Assembly (NCBI GenBank): GCA_965263355.1
Contig: CBDHHL010000032.1
Span: 256,001-320,000 of the forward strand
Source: Leptolyngbyaceae cyanobacterium
Lineage (GTDB): Bacteria; Cyanobacteriota; Cyanobacteriia; Phormidesmidales; Phormidesmidaceae
Direction of reading: 5' to 3'
DNA length: 64,000 bases
Both the position numbers and the translations under genes were made by a program. Below are positions 1 to 10,348 of the stretch, piece by piece (positions within the stretch are counted from its first letter, which is position 1; each line of letters begins with the position of its first letter). Under the pieces are notes generated by a model. It searched no databases. It had not been told where the DNA came from and worked only from the letters and a program-made list of their open reading frames with translations.

Positions 1-1182
1 GCAGCCTCGGGTCGGATTCGATTAGTGCAAGAAAACAAAAATCAGTTTGGCTTTCTTGTGTTTTTACCCCTCTACAATGGCCCTACCGTTCCATCGTCTC
101 AGGCAACACGACGTGAGCAGCTTAATGGGTATCTTTTGGGTGTTTTCCGAGTGTCAGATGTGGTGGAAGAATCTTTAGAGGCATTTAACTACAACATTGA
201 CTTTACCCTAAGCGATCGCACCGCTCCACCCTCCCAACAATTCCTGGGCAGCTATGATGCCGCTACCCAAACCGTCACGACCCAAGAGACACAGAGCCGC
301 CAAAAAGTAGTGCAGTGTCATAGTGACCGTACCCAAACCCTTACCACTGGAGGTCGCCAGTGGGCCATCATCTTTACCCCATCCACCAACTACCTGGCTC
401 TAACTCCCTGGGGGGCTCTATCCACCCTGATCATTGGGTTACTTCTTACCACTATCATTGCCCGCTATCTCGCCCAGGCTCAGGCAGAACTTGCCAGAAC
501 CCGAGAACTTAGTGAAGCTAAGATTCGCCTCTTTTCCATGGCGTCCCATGAGTTGCGCACACCCCTCAGTACAATTCTTCTCTCCGCCCAAGCGTTAGAA
601 GCTGATAGCTCAGCGAATAATCATCACCATATCTATGGCCGCATCCGGGCTACTGCCAAGCGGATGAATCAGCTATTGAATGATCTGTTAACCCTATCCA
701 GGGCTGAGTCTGGCAAACTACAGTTTGAACCGGAAATTGTAAATCTGCCGCAATATTGTCAACAGCTCATAGAGGAAGTTCAGTTTAGTTTCGAAACTGC
801 GCCAGTGATTAACTTCAGTTCACTCGGTGACTGTCAGAAAGTTTATATTGATCCCCAACTACTGCGGGCAATTTTAACCAATTTACTCTCCAACGCAGTG
901 AAGTACTCTGAGTCTAATCCCATGGTTAGCTTAGGGCTGTCTTGTAACCAACACCACATCACATTTCAGGTACAAGATCAGGGCATTGGCATTTCCACTG
1001 CGGATCAAGCCCATCTATACGAAGCATTCTATCGTGGAGCTAATGTTGGCAATATAGCAGGGACAGGGCTGGGGTTATCCGTTGTTAATGCCTGTTTACA
1101 GCTGCACCGAGGAAGCCTCACCTGTAATAGCCAGCTAGGCAGAGGAACAACATTTAAGGTGAGCTTGCCCCGCATTGATTAG
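1..1182 (+). CDS. CHASE-domain sensor histidine kinase (5' part lies outside the window)
   Basis: Frame is open from base 1 (AASGRIRLVQE...GFLVFLPLY, CHASE-like); TM helix; HisKA SHELRTPL; HATPase NLLSNAVKY, DQGIG, GTGLGL. Confidence 0.9.
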   Translation, partial: AASGRIRLVQENKNQFGFLVFLPLYNGPTVPSSQATRREQLNGYLLGVFRVSDVVEESLEAFNYNIDFTLSDRTAPPSQQFLGSYDAATQTVTTQETQSRQKVVQCHSDRTQTLTTGGRQWAIIFTPSTNYLALTPWGALSTLIIGLLLTTIIARYLAQAQAELARTRELSEAKIRLFSMASHELRTPLSTILLSAQALEADSSANNHHHIYGRIRATAKRMNQLLNDLLTLSRAESGKLQFEPEIVNLPQYCQQLIEEVQFSFETAPVINFSSLGDCQKVYIDPQLLRAILTNLLSNAVKYSESNPMVSLGLSCNQHHITFQVQDQGIGISTADQAHLYEAFYRGANVGNIAGTGLGLSVVNACLQLHRGSLTCNSQLGRGTTFKVSLPRID

Positions 1183-1184
1183 GC

Positions 1185-1856
1185 TTAAACCTGCAGTCGA
1201 TATCCCACACCATGAACAGTTTCAATCAATGTCTTTGGTGCGCCAGCAGTCTTTAACTTGTTGCGTAGGCTTTTGATATGAGCTTTCACAGTCTCCTCAT
1301 CCGGTGGACTCTTCATTGACCAAAGAGATTCTAAAATGAACGCTCGGCTCAAGACACGCCGTCCATTACGCATTAATAACTCTAAAATAGAAAACTCTTT
1401 TGGTGTCAGTCGCAATATCTGTCGGTCATAACTGACCTCATAGGTAGTCGGCTCCAAACTCAACTTTCCCCATGACAGGCCAGCCACAGCCTGGGAACTA
1501 CGACGACGCAACAACGCCCGAATTTGAGCCAATAGCTCAGATAGATCAAACGGTTTTACCATATAGGCATCAGCTCCAGCATCTAGACCACGCACTTTAT
1601 CTTGACTAGTATCCCGTGCGGTTAACATCAATACTGGCAGTCCATACCCACGACTACGTAGGCGTTGACAGAACTGAATTCCATCGAGATATGGCAAGGT
1701 AACATCCACGAGCGTCAGATCATAGTCCATCAGCTGCATCTGACTCCAGCCCGCTTCACCATCTTTAACCGTGTCCACCACATAGCGCTGGGCCTCTAAC
1801 ACCTCTGTTAAAGACTCTGCAAGCTGACCATCATCCTCAACCAACAGAAGACGCAT
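1185..1856 (-). CDS. OmpR-family response regulator
   Basis: REC domain (LLVEDD, LVDVTLP, KPF) plus winged helix (LTPKEF, ETVHGVGYRL). Confidence 0.95.
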   Translation of the reverse strand: MRLLLVEDDGQLAESLTEVLEAQRYVVDTVKDGEAGWSQMQLMDYDLTLVDVTLPYLDGIQFCQRLRSRGYGLPVLMLTARDTSQDKVRGLDAGADAYMVKPFDLSELLAQIRALLRRRSSQAVAGLSWGKLSLEPTTYEVSYDRQILRLTPKEFSILELLMRNGRRVLSRAFILESLWSMKSPPDEETVKAHIKSLRNKLKTAGAPKTLIETVHGVGYRLQV

Positions 1857-1975
1857 TACCCATTCCTCGTAAAATAAAGGAAATCTTCCTTATGCAAGGA
1901 TGACTGGAAAATCTGTCTTGTGCTGTGTAATTAATTACACAAATCCATAGCCTATTCCTGCGAAGTTTTGGCCCC

Positions 1976-3319
1976 TTAACGCGGTTGAAGACCGCTATAA
2001 AAACTTGCAGTAGGTAATTCAATACTGAATTGAGTTCCTGCTTCGGGAATAGATTGCACGCTAATAGTTCCTCCATGACTTTCTATAATCTGATAAGTAA
2101 TAGAAAGCCCTAAACCTGTGCCTTTGCCAACTGGTTTCGTCGTAAAAAAGGGATCAAATATTTGCTCATGGATATGGGCCGGAATGCCACTACCATTATC
2201 CTTGATATGAATTCTAATTCGTTGATTGGCTATTAACTCGGTCTGAATCCAGATACGACAAGATTCTTTTTCTACTTGAGTTAAGGCATACTTTTTTTCC
2301 TTTTCTCTTAAGGCATCAATGGCATTGTTCAGCAAATTAATAAAGACTTGATTAATCGCACGGGCAGAACAGTAGATTAGGGGAAGCTTACCATAGTTTT
2401 TAATCACCTCAATTTCGGCATGGTGCTTGTTTGCTTTAAGGCGATTTTGTAAAAACATTAGAGTAGCTTCTAAACCCTCATGAATATCGACATACTTGAA
2501 TTCTGTTTCGTCGAGTCGGGAAAAACTCCGCAGGGACTTCACAATTTCCCCAATGCGATTGGTCCCTGTATCCATGGAGTATAGTAATTTATCAATATCT
2601 TGCTCTAGAAATTCCAAATCTAATGCGGCTATTTTGTCTTGGATGACCTGGCTGGGTTGAGGATATTCCCGTTGGTACAAATGAATAAGATCGAGAATAT
2701 CAGTATAATATTCTCTTGCATGGGGGAGATTACCCCGAATAAAACTGATGGGATTATTAATTTCATGGGCAATGCCTGCAACCAGTTGTCCGAGCCCCGA
2801 CATCTTTTCTGTCTGAACTGTATCAAGGGCTGTGCGTAGTTTGAGCAGCGTTTGCTTTAGGGTTTCGTTAGATTGTGCCAGTTCGACTTGAATCTTTTGT
2901 CGCTGTTGAATTTCTTTGCTTAAGGCATGGATCTTTTGATTCAACACAGTAAATTTACTGCCATCTCGTTTTTCTAAACGTAACAAAAGAATAGCGGAGC
3001 TCTCGGGAGATCGCGGTTGAACAACCCCCCCCTGGCTCCGACAAATAATCTCCTTTCCCTTATCGTTAAAAAACGTTAATGTTCCCAAAATCATTTGGCG
3101 ACTTTGGGAACAAGCTTGAAGATAGTTTCTGAGTTCCGAATCGTTTTCCTCCGAATCTGATACCAGATCAACCAGATTCTGACCAGTCAATTTACTACTT
3201 GTCTGGTTTAAAAGCTTCGCTGTAGCACGATTGACCGCTAAAATTTCACCCGCGTTTGTTATTAACAATAAAGGTTCTGGCAAAACCCGAGCAAATATTA
3301 GGAATTGATCTGGTGTCAT
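1976..3319 (-). CDS. PAS-domain histidine kinase (NtrB-like HisKA)
   Basis: N-terminal PAS-like region, [38 protein letters not shown]. Confidence 0.92.
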   Translation of the reverse strand: MTPDQFLIFARVLPEPLLLITNAGEILAVNRATAKLLNQTSSKLTGQNLVDLVSDSEENDSELRNYLQACSQSRQMILGTLTFFNDKGKEIICRSQGGVVQPRSPESSAILLLRLEKRDGSKFTVLNQKIHALSKEIQQRQKIQVELAQSNETLKQTLLKLRTALDTVQTEKMSGLGQLVAGIAHEINNPISFIRGNLPHAREYYTDILDLIHLYQREYPQPSQVIQDKIAALDLEFLEQDIDKLLYSMDTGTNRIGEIVKSLRSFSRLDETEFKYVDIHEGLEATLMFLQNRLKANKHHAEIEVIKNYGKLPLIYCSARAINQVFINLLNNAIDALREKEKKYALTQVEKESCRIWIQTELIANQRIRIHIKDNGSGIPAHIHEQIFDPFFTTKPVGKGTGLGLSITYQIIESHGGTISVQSIPEAGTQFSIELPTASFYSGLQPR

Positions 3320-3350
3320 GAAGATGAGCGATTTAGGCTAAAGTTTTTAC

Positions 3351-3887
3351 CTAAGCTTTAAAGTATTCTTGCCCAGCAAAGTCATCGGATGATTCATCTG
3401 GTTTGAGATAGACCACTACTCTGCATTCGCTGGCCCCTTTCGCAATAGTATCTTGTAATTCGACTCTGGCATAACCTAAATTATCAGCGGCAATCGCCCC
3501 AAAAATATTCGATGTCATTACGCACATTGCTTCCCGTCCTTCTATTTGTTCAGCAAACGGACATTTGCGATTACCCAAAACAATCTTGTCATCACTTTCC
3601 TCAATGACAAAAAAATCTCCTTCAATGCGACGTTTCCAATCCACTAAGACCGCTGTAACCTGTTCTCGTGATAGATTAGATAACTGAAATGCTTTATGGT
3701 AGATGTCATTGACGTGCTGTCCAGTGCGGTAACCGACAACATTCAAAAAACCAGCTGCTTCTTCAATGCCAACGATTTCCTGTAAGGTGCCTGCCAGTTC
3801 CCGAATCATTGTGCGTAAAAATTGATCCCGTTCAATGGGTAAATCCAGGGATTTAAGCTGCTCACTTACTGAGATTGTTTGTGTCAT
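3351..3887 (-). CDS. Methanogen output domain 1 (MetOD1, V4R-like) protein
   Basis: LRTMIRELAGTLQEIVGIEEAAGF, KRRIEGDF, NRKCPF, MCVMTSNIFG, TIAKGASECRVVVYL; likely start MTQTIS at 3887. Confidence 0.8.
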   Translation of the reverse strand: MTQTISVSEQLKSLDLPIERDQFLRTMIRELAGTLQEIVGIEEAAGFLNVVGYRTGQHVNDIYHKAFQLSNLSREQVTAVLVDWKRRIEGDFFVIEESDDKIVLGNRKCPFAEQIEGREAMCVMTSNIFGAIAADNLGYARVELQDTIAKGASECRVVVYLKPDESSDDFAGQEYFKA

Positions 3888-4353
3888 AGTAATTGAAGTT
3901 CCTTTATTTTCGATGATTTGCTGCAGCCAATACGCCTGAGTCATATGGGTTCCCAAGGAATGCGAAACTGCACCAGTTCTGTAAGGCTCCGATACTCCTG
4001 AGGCAGGGCTTTATGCTACTGCTAAAATGCCCTTGAAGAGGGGGATTCCATCACTTGCTGCCCATCCCAATTTGAGTGTCTTATCTCATACTCCTTGGAG
4101 TGACACCTACGCTATCAAAGATAGCTAAACCCATATGCCATAGGAGACTTCAACCTGGTTAACTGGCTGCGAAGAATTAAGCATTTCTTCGTTAGAATCC
4201 CCTAGACAACCATATAAAGAAAATAAAGAAACACCATTTTTTGATGACCACCCAGGATACGTCTGAGAATAAAGCGATTTCGCTTGTCAGCGGCAGTGGA
4301 TTTTGGAGTAACCCAGGTGGTTAATGAAAACTGGGGTGACGATCTCTGAGAGA

Positions 4354-5886
4354 TTATTTTTCAATGCGGGTAAAGCGCTCAATGGGTAGCGGTTGAGCCA
4401 TGGCCTTTTGGTAAGTAGCCTCAATGGCAGGCATAAGGCGTTCGGCCTGACGGTAGAGTTCTGCTCGTTCGGGTTCATACTCGGTGAGCAGGTCCTGCAG
4501 TTCGCTCAGCAGTGCTGATTCATCGACGGTCAGCACAGTGCCGTCTTCTACCACCAGTTGGCCATTGATAAATACCTTACGAATCGACGTACCGTGCTCA
4601 GCGTAGACCAAATGAATGGGCAAATCACCACGAGGAATAAAGCTGGTGGTATTGAGATCGTAAAGAACGCAGTCGGCCTTGAACCCCGGTGCGATCGCAC
4701 CCACCTGATCCTGCAATAGCGCCGACCTGGCCCCCCCGTAGGTGCTCCACTTCAGTACATCCCGAGCACGGGGATAGCGAGAATAGTCGGGATGGGTAAC
4801 AGAATGAACCTGCCCGGCCATCTTCAACACATCAAACATATTGAAAGAATCATTGGAACTCATGCCATCCGACCCGAGGGCAATGTTCACTCCGGCATCC
4901 ATCAGCTGACGAATGGGGGCAATGCCACTGCACAGACGGTGGTTACTCACCACGTTATGGATGACCGTAGCCCCAGCTTCTGCAATCATTTCCACATCTT
5001 GATCCGTTAGCCAGATGCCGTGGGCAATGGCAGTGCGGTGGGTAAGAATACCGTGTTTTTTGCCATAGCTCACCACTGTCTCGCCGGGACCGTAAAACTC
5101 AAACCCCGTCACCGCCTGGGTTTTGGTTTCTAGCATATGGGTGTGGATAGGAATATCGAGAGATTCTGACAGGTCACCGATCTGATGCATCAGATCGGGT
5201 GTCACCCGTTGGGGAGCAGAGGGGGCCAGGGCCAGGGTCATTAGCCCTTCCTTACCGTGCCAGTCAGCGTAGAACGCCTTGAACAAGGAGAGCCAGGTGT
5301 CATCATCCAGCCCTGCCAAGGCATCCAGGTCCTGCCTCACATCATTGGGCAAGAATTCGTCCAGGTAGGGAATGGTTTTGTATAGGGGCAGGTTAATCAC
5401 ATGGTGGGTGAGGCTAACCCGCAAACCAATGTCCACATAGGCCTGTGCCACCGCTGCAAAAATTTCCGGGGTAATATAAGGCAACTCAATTAGATCATCC
5501 TGAATGGTAGTCGCGCCGGACTTGACCATTTCCAGGGCTCCCAACATGGTGCGCAGATAACACATGCGTGGACTGAGATGCTTTCCCTTGAGGGGAGGGT
5601 AGGTATACAACATCCAAGCTTCTAACGGTAGGGCTTCATAGCGACCCTTCTCTAAAATCTCAACGGAGTGGGCATGGGCATTGACAAAACCAGGTACCAG
5701 CAGATGATTGTGGGCATCAATTATCTGCATGGGCTCAGGCCCTAACTCAATTTGGTCCGCTACTTCAACAATCTGATCCCCCACAATCAGAACATCTTGA
5801 ACGCGCGTGTGTAAATCTAACGCCCCATCCGGTTGCAGAGTGAAGGGCATGACGGTTGCCTGTTTAATTAAATATCGAGTAGTCAT
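4354..5886 (-). CDS. Metal-dependent amidohydrolase (AtzA/TriA/MTA-SAH deaminase-like)
   Basis: PGFVNAHAH (HxH), IHTHMLE, AHGIW, LGSDG metal and catalytic motifs. Confidence 0.88.
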   Translation of the reverse strand: MTTRYLIKQATVMPFTLQPDGALDLHTRVQDVLIVGDQIVEVADQIELGPEPMQIIDAHNHLLVPGFVNAHAHSVEILEKGRYEALPLEAWMLYTYPPLKGKHLSPRMCYLRTMLGALEMVKSGATTIQDDLIELPYITPEIFAAVAQAYVDIGLRVSLTHHVINLPLYKTIPYLDEFLPNDVRQDLDALAGLDDDTWLSLFKAFYADWHGKEGLMTLALAPSAPQRVTPDLMHQIGDLSESLDIPIHTHMLETKTQAVTGFEFYGPGETVVSYGKKHGILTHRTAIAHGIWLTDQDVEMIAEAGATVIHNVVSNHRLCSGIAPIRQLMDAGVNIALGSDGMSSNDSFNMFDVLKMAGQVHSVTHPDYSRYPRARDVLKWSTYGGARSALLQDQVGAIAPGFKADCVLYDLNTTSFIPRGDLPIHLVYAEHGTSIRKVFINGQLVVEDGTVLTVDESALLSELQDLLTEYEPERAELYRQAERLMPAIEATYQKAMAQPLPIERFTRIEK

Positions 5887-5923
5887 AGCGGTTGTTAATT
5901 ATCAACTTTACAGAGATTGTTTT

Positions 5924-6739
5924 CTAAGATTGCGTCGGTTTGTTCAACAACATCGGAATCAACAATAATTCCACTCCTACCAGCAACAGTATGGAAAGCA
6001 AAAACACCAGGGTGCCGATGGCGTTGAGGGATGGCGACAGATTAGACCCCAAAAAGTTATAGATGGACACGGGCAACGTTGGCTCAAAGCCTGATACGAA
6101 CCAGGCAATGACAAATTCATCAAAGGAAAAGGTAAATGCCAACAGAAACGCACCGGCAATACCGGGAACCGCCCAGGGTAAAACCACTCGCCAGAGGGCC
6201 TGCCATTCTGTTGCCCCTAAATTCCAGGCGGCTTGCTCAATAGCTTTAGGCATCTGCATTAGACGCAGGGTGATAAGCGCGATCGCAGTGGGCAACAAAA
6301 TCACCACATGGGTGATCAAAATGCTATAAAGCTGCCCCTGCAAATTGACCCGAGACAACAGCCCCAGAAACGCCACCCCCAAAATTAATGGCGGCACGAG
6401 AATGGGCACAATCAACAGAATGCTCAGGGCTTTCTTGCCACGAAACTCAAAGCGATTTAGGGCATAGGCACCAAAGAATCCAATCAGGGTAGCGATAGCT
6501 GCTGCCAGGGGCGACACCAACAAACTCGCCTTTAGGGCCTGAATTAAGGTACCATCGGTAAACAGTTCCTGGTACCAGCTCCAGGTCCACCCCGTCCAGG
6601 GTAGGGTGGGGAAGCGAGAGTTTTCAAAGGAAAAGAGCACCAGGGTAAGAATGGGCAACATCAGCAAGCCATAACCTAGTATCAGATAAATCCAGCCTGC
6701 TACCGTTAGTACCTGAGCTGAGAACGATTTAGCCGCCAT
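5924..6739 (-). CDS. PotC-like ABC permease
   Basis: Multiple TM helices, EQAAWNLGA (EAA loop), FTFSFDEF. Confidence 0.92.
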   Translation of the reverse strand: MAAKSFSAQVLTVAGWIYLILGYGLLMLPILTLVLFSFENSRFPTLPWTGWTWSWYQELFTDGTLIQALKASLLVSPLAAAIATLIGFFGAYALNRFEFRGKKALSILLIVPILVPPLILGVAFLGLLSRVNLQGQLYSILITHVVILLPTAIALITLRLMQMPKAIEQAAWNLGATEWQALWRVVLPWAVPGIAGAFLLAFTFSFDEFVIAWFVSGFEPTLPVSIYNFLGSNLSPSLNAIGTLVFLLSILLLVGVELLLIPMLLNKPTQS

Positions 6740-6743
6740 GCCT

Positions 6744-7652
6744 CTATTCCTCCACCGTTGAAAACTGTAAGCCCGCCGCCAGAATTACCACCATAATCCC
6801 AATCAACAATGTGGCCAGAGCCGAAGTGCGAGGCAGATTAGTAGAAGCCGCATATTCGTTAAAAATGACCGTCGAGAATAGCGGAAATGAGCCCAAAATT
6901 GACTTGCCCGTGCCCCCGCCGAGGATAATGCCTGAGAGCACATCGCCCAAGCTGATAATGGAACCGAAGACCGCACTGTACACCAGCCCTGGTTTACTCA
7001 AGGGCAGCAGTACTCGCCAGAATGTTTGCCAAGTGGTGGCTCCCAGGTTTTTAGAAGCATTTAGTAGTGTGACATCAATATTGCGGACCACCAAATACAA
7101 AATCAAGATCATGATGGGTGCCAGATAGTGGAGCAGCCCTACGCGGGTACCCACCTGGGTAAAGATGATCTGCAGGGGGGTGTCAATCCAACCGAGTTTT
7201 ATCAGTAAGGTATTGAGCAACCCGTTGGTGTTGATCACCGTTTGCCAGGCATAGAGTCGCAGAATGTAGCTGGTCCAGAAGGGGGCAATGGCTAGCACCA
7301 GGGCAAAGCGCTGTAGCGATAATGGCACCACAAAGGCCAATGCCAGGGCAAAGGGGTAACACAGCAACAGCCCCAGCAGGGTAGTGGTGGTAGCAACCCA
7401 GAGAGATTGAGCGATCGCAAACGCATACCGCGACCGGCTAAAAAACTGACTAAAAATGTCGATATAGTTTGTCAGGGAAAATCCCGGCACCGGCTGATAA
7501 TTTTCTACGGTCCAGAAACCAATCCAGATTAGAAATAACAGGGGCAACAGAAAAAATAAACTGTCGTAGATAATGACGGGAGCGAGACAAACATACTTCA
7601 ACAGGCTTGCCTCGTCAGGCGTCCAACTGGTTTTAGGACGGCTCAGACGCAT
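6744..7652 (-). CDS. PotB-like ABC permease
   Basis: PFWTSYILRLYAW, NASKNLGA, TFWRVLLPLSKPG. Confidence 0.92.
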   Translation of the reverse strand: MRLSRPKTSWTPDEASLLKYVCLAPVIIYDSLFFLLPLLFLIWIGFWTVENYQPVPGFSLTNYIDIFSQFFSRSRYAFAIAQSLWVATTTTLLGLLLCYPFALALAFVVPLSLQRFALVLAIAPFWTSYILRLYAWQTVINTNGLLNTLLIKLGWIDTPLQIIFTQVGTRVGLLHYLAPIMILILYLVVRNIDVTLLNASKNLGATTWQTFWRVLLPLSKPGLVYSAVFGSIISLGDVLSGIILGGGTGKSILGSFPLFSTVIFNEYAASTNLPRTSALATLLIGIMVVILAAGLQFSTVEE

Positions 7653-7654
7653 GG

Positions 7655-8797
7655 CTAACTCCTTTCCCCCAGTAGAACGGTATCTTGGGTGCGCCAGGAG
7701 AGAAAGAGTGACCCATTGATGGGAATATCCAGACTCTGGCTAAAGGACTCTTGGCGAATCACCTGTACTTCATAGCCAGGGTTGGTTTCTAACAAATAAA
7801 TTACCTGAGAACCAAGAAATTCTCGTCCCCGCAGTGTGGCTTGAATGCTATTCCCTAACGCACCTGGTTGGTCAGCAAGGGTCATGCGGTCCGCTGGTAC
7901 CACTACCGTAACCTTGTCGCCTGGGGCATGGGGTTTGTCCGAAAGAGTGTGTAGTTTACCCTGGGGGCACTGCACCGTGACAATGGTGCCATTCATGTCT
8001 GTTACCTGGCCATCGAACAGATTGTTGTTGCCGACAAATTCCGCTACAAAGTGGGTGGCAGGCTGGTTGTAGATATCTGCTGGGGTGCCCACCTGCTCAA
8101 TGCGTCCCCCGTTCATCACTACAATCCGATCTGCCATGGAAAAGGCTTCGTTTTGGTTATGGGTGACGTAAAAGAAGGAAATCTCTAAGGACTGTTGCAG
8201 TCGCTTTAGCTCTCCCTGCATTCTCACCCGCAGGTGGGGGTCGAGGGCACTCATGGGCTCATCCAGCAATAGGATGGGAGGTTCGGTGATTAAGGCTCGG
8301 GCGATCGCAACCCGCTGCTTCTGCCCACCGCTGAGTTGGCTAATGCGTCGGTCGAGTAATTCTTCCAGGTGCATCAGGGTCGCCATCCGCTGTACTTTTT
8401 GCCGCACCTCTGCTTTGCGATGTTTACCCAGGGTAAGGCCAAAGGCAATATTTTTTCGCACATTTAAGTGGGGAAACAGGGCAAAATTCTGCCACACCAT
8501 GGGTGTATTGCGACGATTCACAGGACGCTGGGTGATCTCTTGTCCTTGCAAAACAACAGATCCAGCCGCAATCCCCTCCAGTCCAGCAATAATCCGCAGC
8601 AGTGTAGTTTTACCGCAGCCGCTTGGTCCCATAATGGCGACAAATTCCCCCTGCCTGACGGTCAGGTTAATGTCATACAGAACCTGCTGCTGACCGTAGA
8701 ACTTTGAAATCTGTCGCAGTTTTAGATCCTGAGTAACCTCAGGTACTGTATCCGCCTTAGGAGGAGCCGTGGTTGTGGAGGAGACCGGTTGATTCAT
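7655..8797 (-). CDS. PotA-like ABC ATP-binding protein
   Basis: GPSGCGKT, LSGGQKQRV, LLDEP, C-terminal TOBE-like region. Confidence 0.95.
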   Translation of the reverse strand: MNQPVSSTTTAPPKADTVPEVTQDLKLRQISKFYGQQQVLYDINLTVRQGEFVAIMGPSGCGKTTLLRIIAGLEGIAAGSVVLQGQEITQRPVNRRNTPMVWQNFALFPHLNVRKNIAFGLTLGKHRKAEVRQKVQRMATLMHLEELLDRRISQLSGGQKQRVAIARALITEPPILLLDEPMSALDPHLRVRMQGELKRLQQSLEISFFYVTHNQNEAFSMADRIVVMNGGRIEQVGTPADIYNQPATHFVAEFVGNNNLFDGQVTDMNGTIVTVQCPQGKLHTLSDKPHAPGDKVTVVVPADRMTLADQPGALGNSIQATLRGREFLGSQVIYLLETNPGYEVQVIRQESFSQSLDIPINGSLFLSWRTQDTVLLGERS

Positions 8798-8820
8798 GAA
8801 CCTGGAAAGATATACTAATC

Positions 8821-8910
8821 ATCCCCTCTCGGGAGGGGGGTCGTAGGCGGGGTGGGTTTCGATCGCTTGCGCCAATGGTCACCCACCCCGCTGCCCCTCC
8901 CAGGAGGGGA
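8821..8910. repeat. REP-like intergenic palindrome
   Basis: TCCCCTCTCGGGAGGGG...GCGGGGTGGGT / ACCCACCCCGC...CCCCTCCCAGGAGGGGA inverted arms; related half-element near 44350-44380. Confidence 0.7.
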
Positions 8911-8921
8911 AAAGAACCCTT

Positions 8922-10145
8922 CTAACTGGTCTTAAACTCGTTGTAGAAATCCTGCCAGGCTTGCTCGGGCTGGTTCACCGGCAATTGACGGGCACGAGTG
9001 CGCTCTAGCTGCATATCCACAATGGTTTTACCAGCATTGTCAGGATCGGGAATATAGCCCAGTAGGGTCTTCTCAACATCACTCAGGTGCTCAATAGCCT
9101 TAAGGTTAGGAGCCAGTCCTTTGTAGGCCTTAGCATTGGCCAGACGTGCCTGGACCTCGGGGGTGCTCATGTATTTAACCCATTCCAGGGCCAGTTCTGG
9201 ATTCTTACTGTCAGCTGCCACCGTTGCTCCTTCGCTCCAGCGGATTGCACCTTCCTTGGGTACTACAGCGGCGAATTGAGATTGGCCATCTGCGATCGCA
9301 TTTTGAATCAGCCAGTCCCCCACCGGACCTGCGATAACACTCTCATTAATAAAGGCATTGGTGATGTCCTGAATATTGGGAGTAATCAGCGCCACATTGG
9401 GCTTAAGTTTCACCATCCAATCCTTCACCTGCACCAGTTGCTCATCTGTCAGGTCATAGGGGTTAGGATTATCGGGGAAGAGGGCCAGACTGGCATTCCC
9501 CATATTCGGTAGATACCAGTCAAAAAAGGCCAGTTTTCCCTGTAGATCTTCCCGTGCCATTATGTCCCAGCTAGTGACTTCTTCGGGTTTAATAAACTTG
9601 GTGTTGAAGGCGATACCGTAGTTACCAAAGCGAGTACCCACCGCCATCAGCTGGTCTCCCTGATAAAAACCAGGAAACTCTTTGTATACACTGTTGTAGT
9701 CAGCCAGGGTATCAAAGTCAGCGGCATTTAACTGAGAAATTGCCCCTATTTCCACCAGCTTGACCACATATTCCCCGTCGGAGATAATGCCATCGAAGGT
9801 ACCCGGTGGCGACTGGTTAAAGAACTGGAGCATCTGCTCGCCGCCCACATAGGTCTTAAACTCTACCGTCACGCCCATCTTTTCTTCAAAGGGACCAATA
9901 ATCTCCGGTTCGTCGTAGCCTGCCCAAGACAAAATCCTTAAGGTATTTCCACCATCTGCGGCTGCTTTAGCATCAGGTTCTGCCGTACCAGGTTCTGCCG
10001 TCTCTGTTCCTGAAGCACAACTAGCCAATTTAGTCGCAGCTAACGCGCCAGCCCCTAAGGACGCATAGCGGATAAATCGCCGCCGAGAGAGGGCGTGAAA
10101 GTACATCTCTCGGCCAGTAATCAGGGGGTTATGTCGCTGGTTCAT
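8922..10145 (-). CDS. PotD/PotF-like substrate-binding lipoprotein with Tat signal
   Basis: SRRRFI twin-arginine motif, LASC lipobox, ILSWAGY, PKEGAIRWSE. Confidence 0.9.
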   Translation of the reverse strand: MNQRHNPLITGREMYFHALSRRRFIRYASLGAGALAATKLASCASGTETAEPGTAEPDAKAAADGGNTLRILSWAGYDEPEIIGPFEEKMGVTVEFKTYVGGEQMLQFFNQSPPGTFDGIISDGEYVVKLVEIGAISQLNAADFDTLADYNSVYKEFPGFYQGDQLMAVGTRFGNYGIAFNTKFIKPEEVTSWDIMAREDLQGKLAFFDWYLPNMGNASLALFPDNPNPYDLTDEQLVQVKDWMVKLKPNVALITPNIQDITNAFINESVIAGPVGDWLIQNAIADGQSQFAAVVPKEGAIRWSEGATVAADSKNPELALEWVKYMSTPEVQARLANAKAYKGLAPNLKAIEHLSDVEKTLLGYIPDPDNAGKTIVDMQLERTRARQLPVNQPEQAWQDFYNEFKTS

Positions 10146-10348
10146 GGGCGTCTCCTAACACAAACAGGCGTAATCATCAAATGTTAAGGAAAAGCACGTA
10201 TTCAAAGAGTGACTTTTAATACAAACATCAAGGGTCTCAGCTAATTTACAGAAAGATAAAACAATAGGCACTAAAAATGCCTAACGCCACGTAAGGCAAT
10301 TGAACGTAAATAAAATCCCCAGCAAGATTCTGTTACACAACTTTCTCT

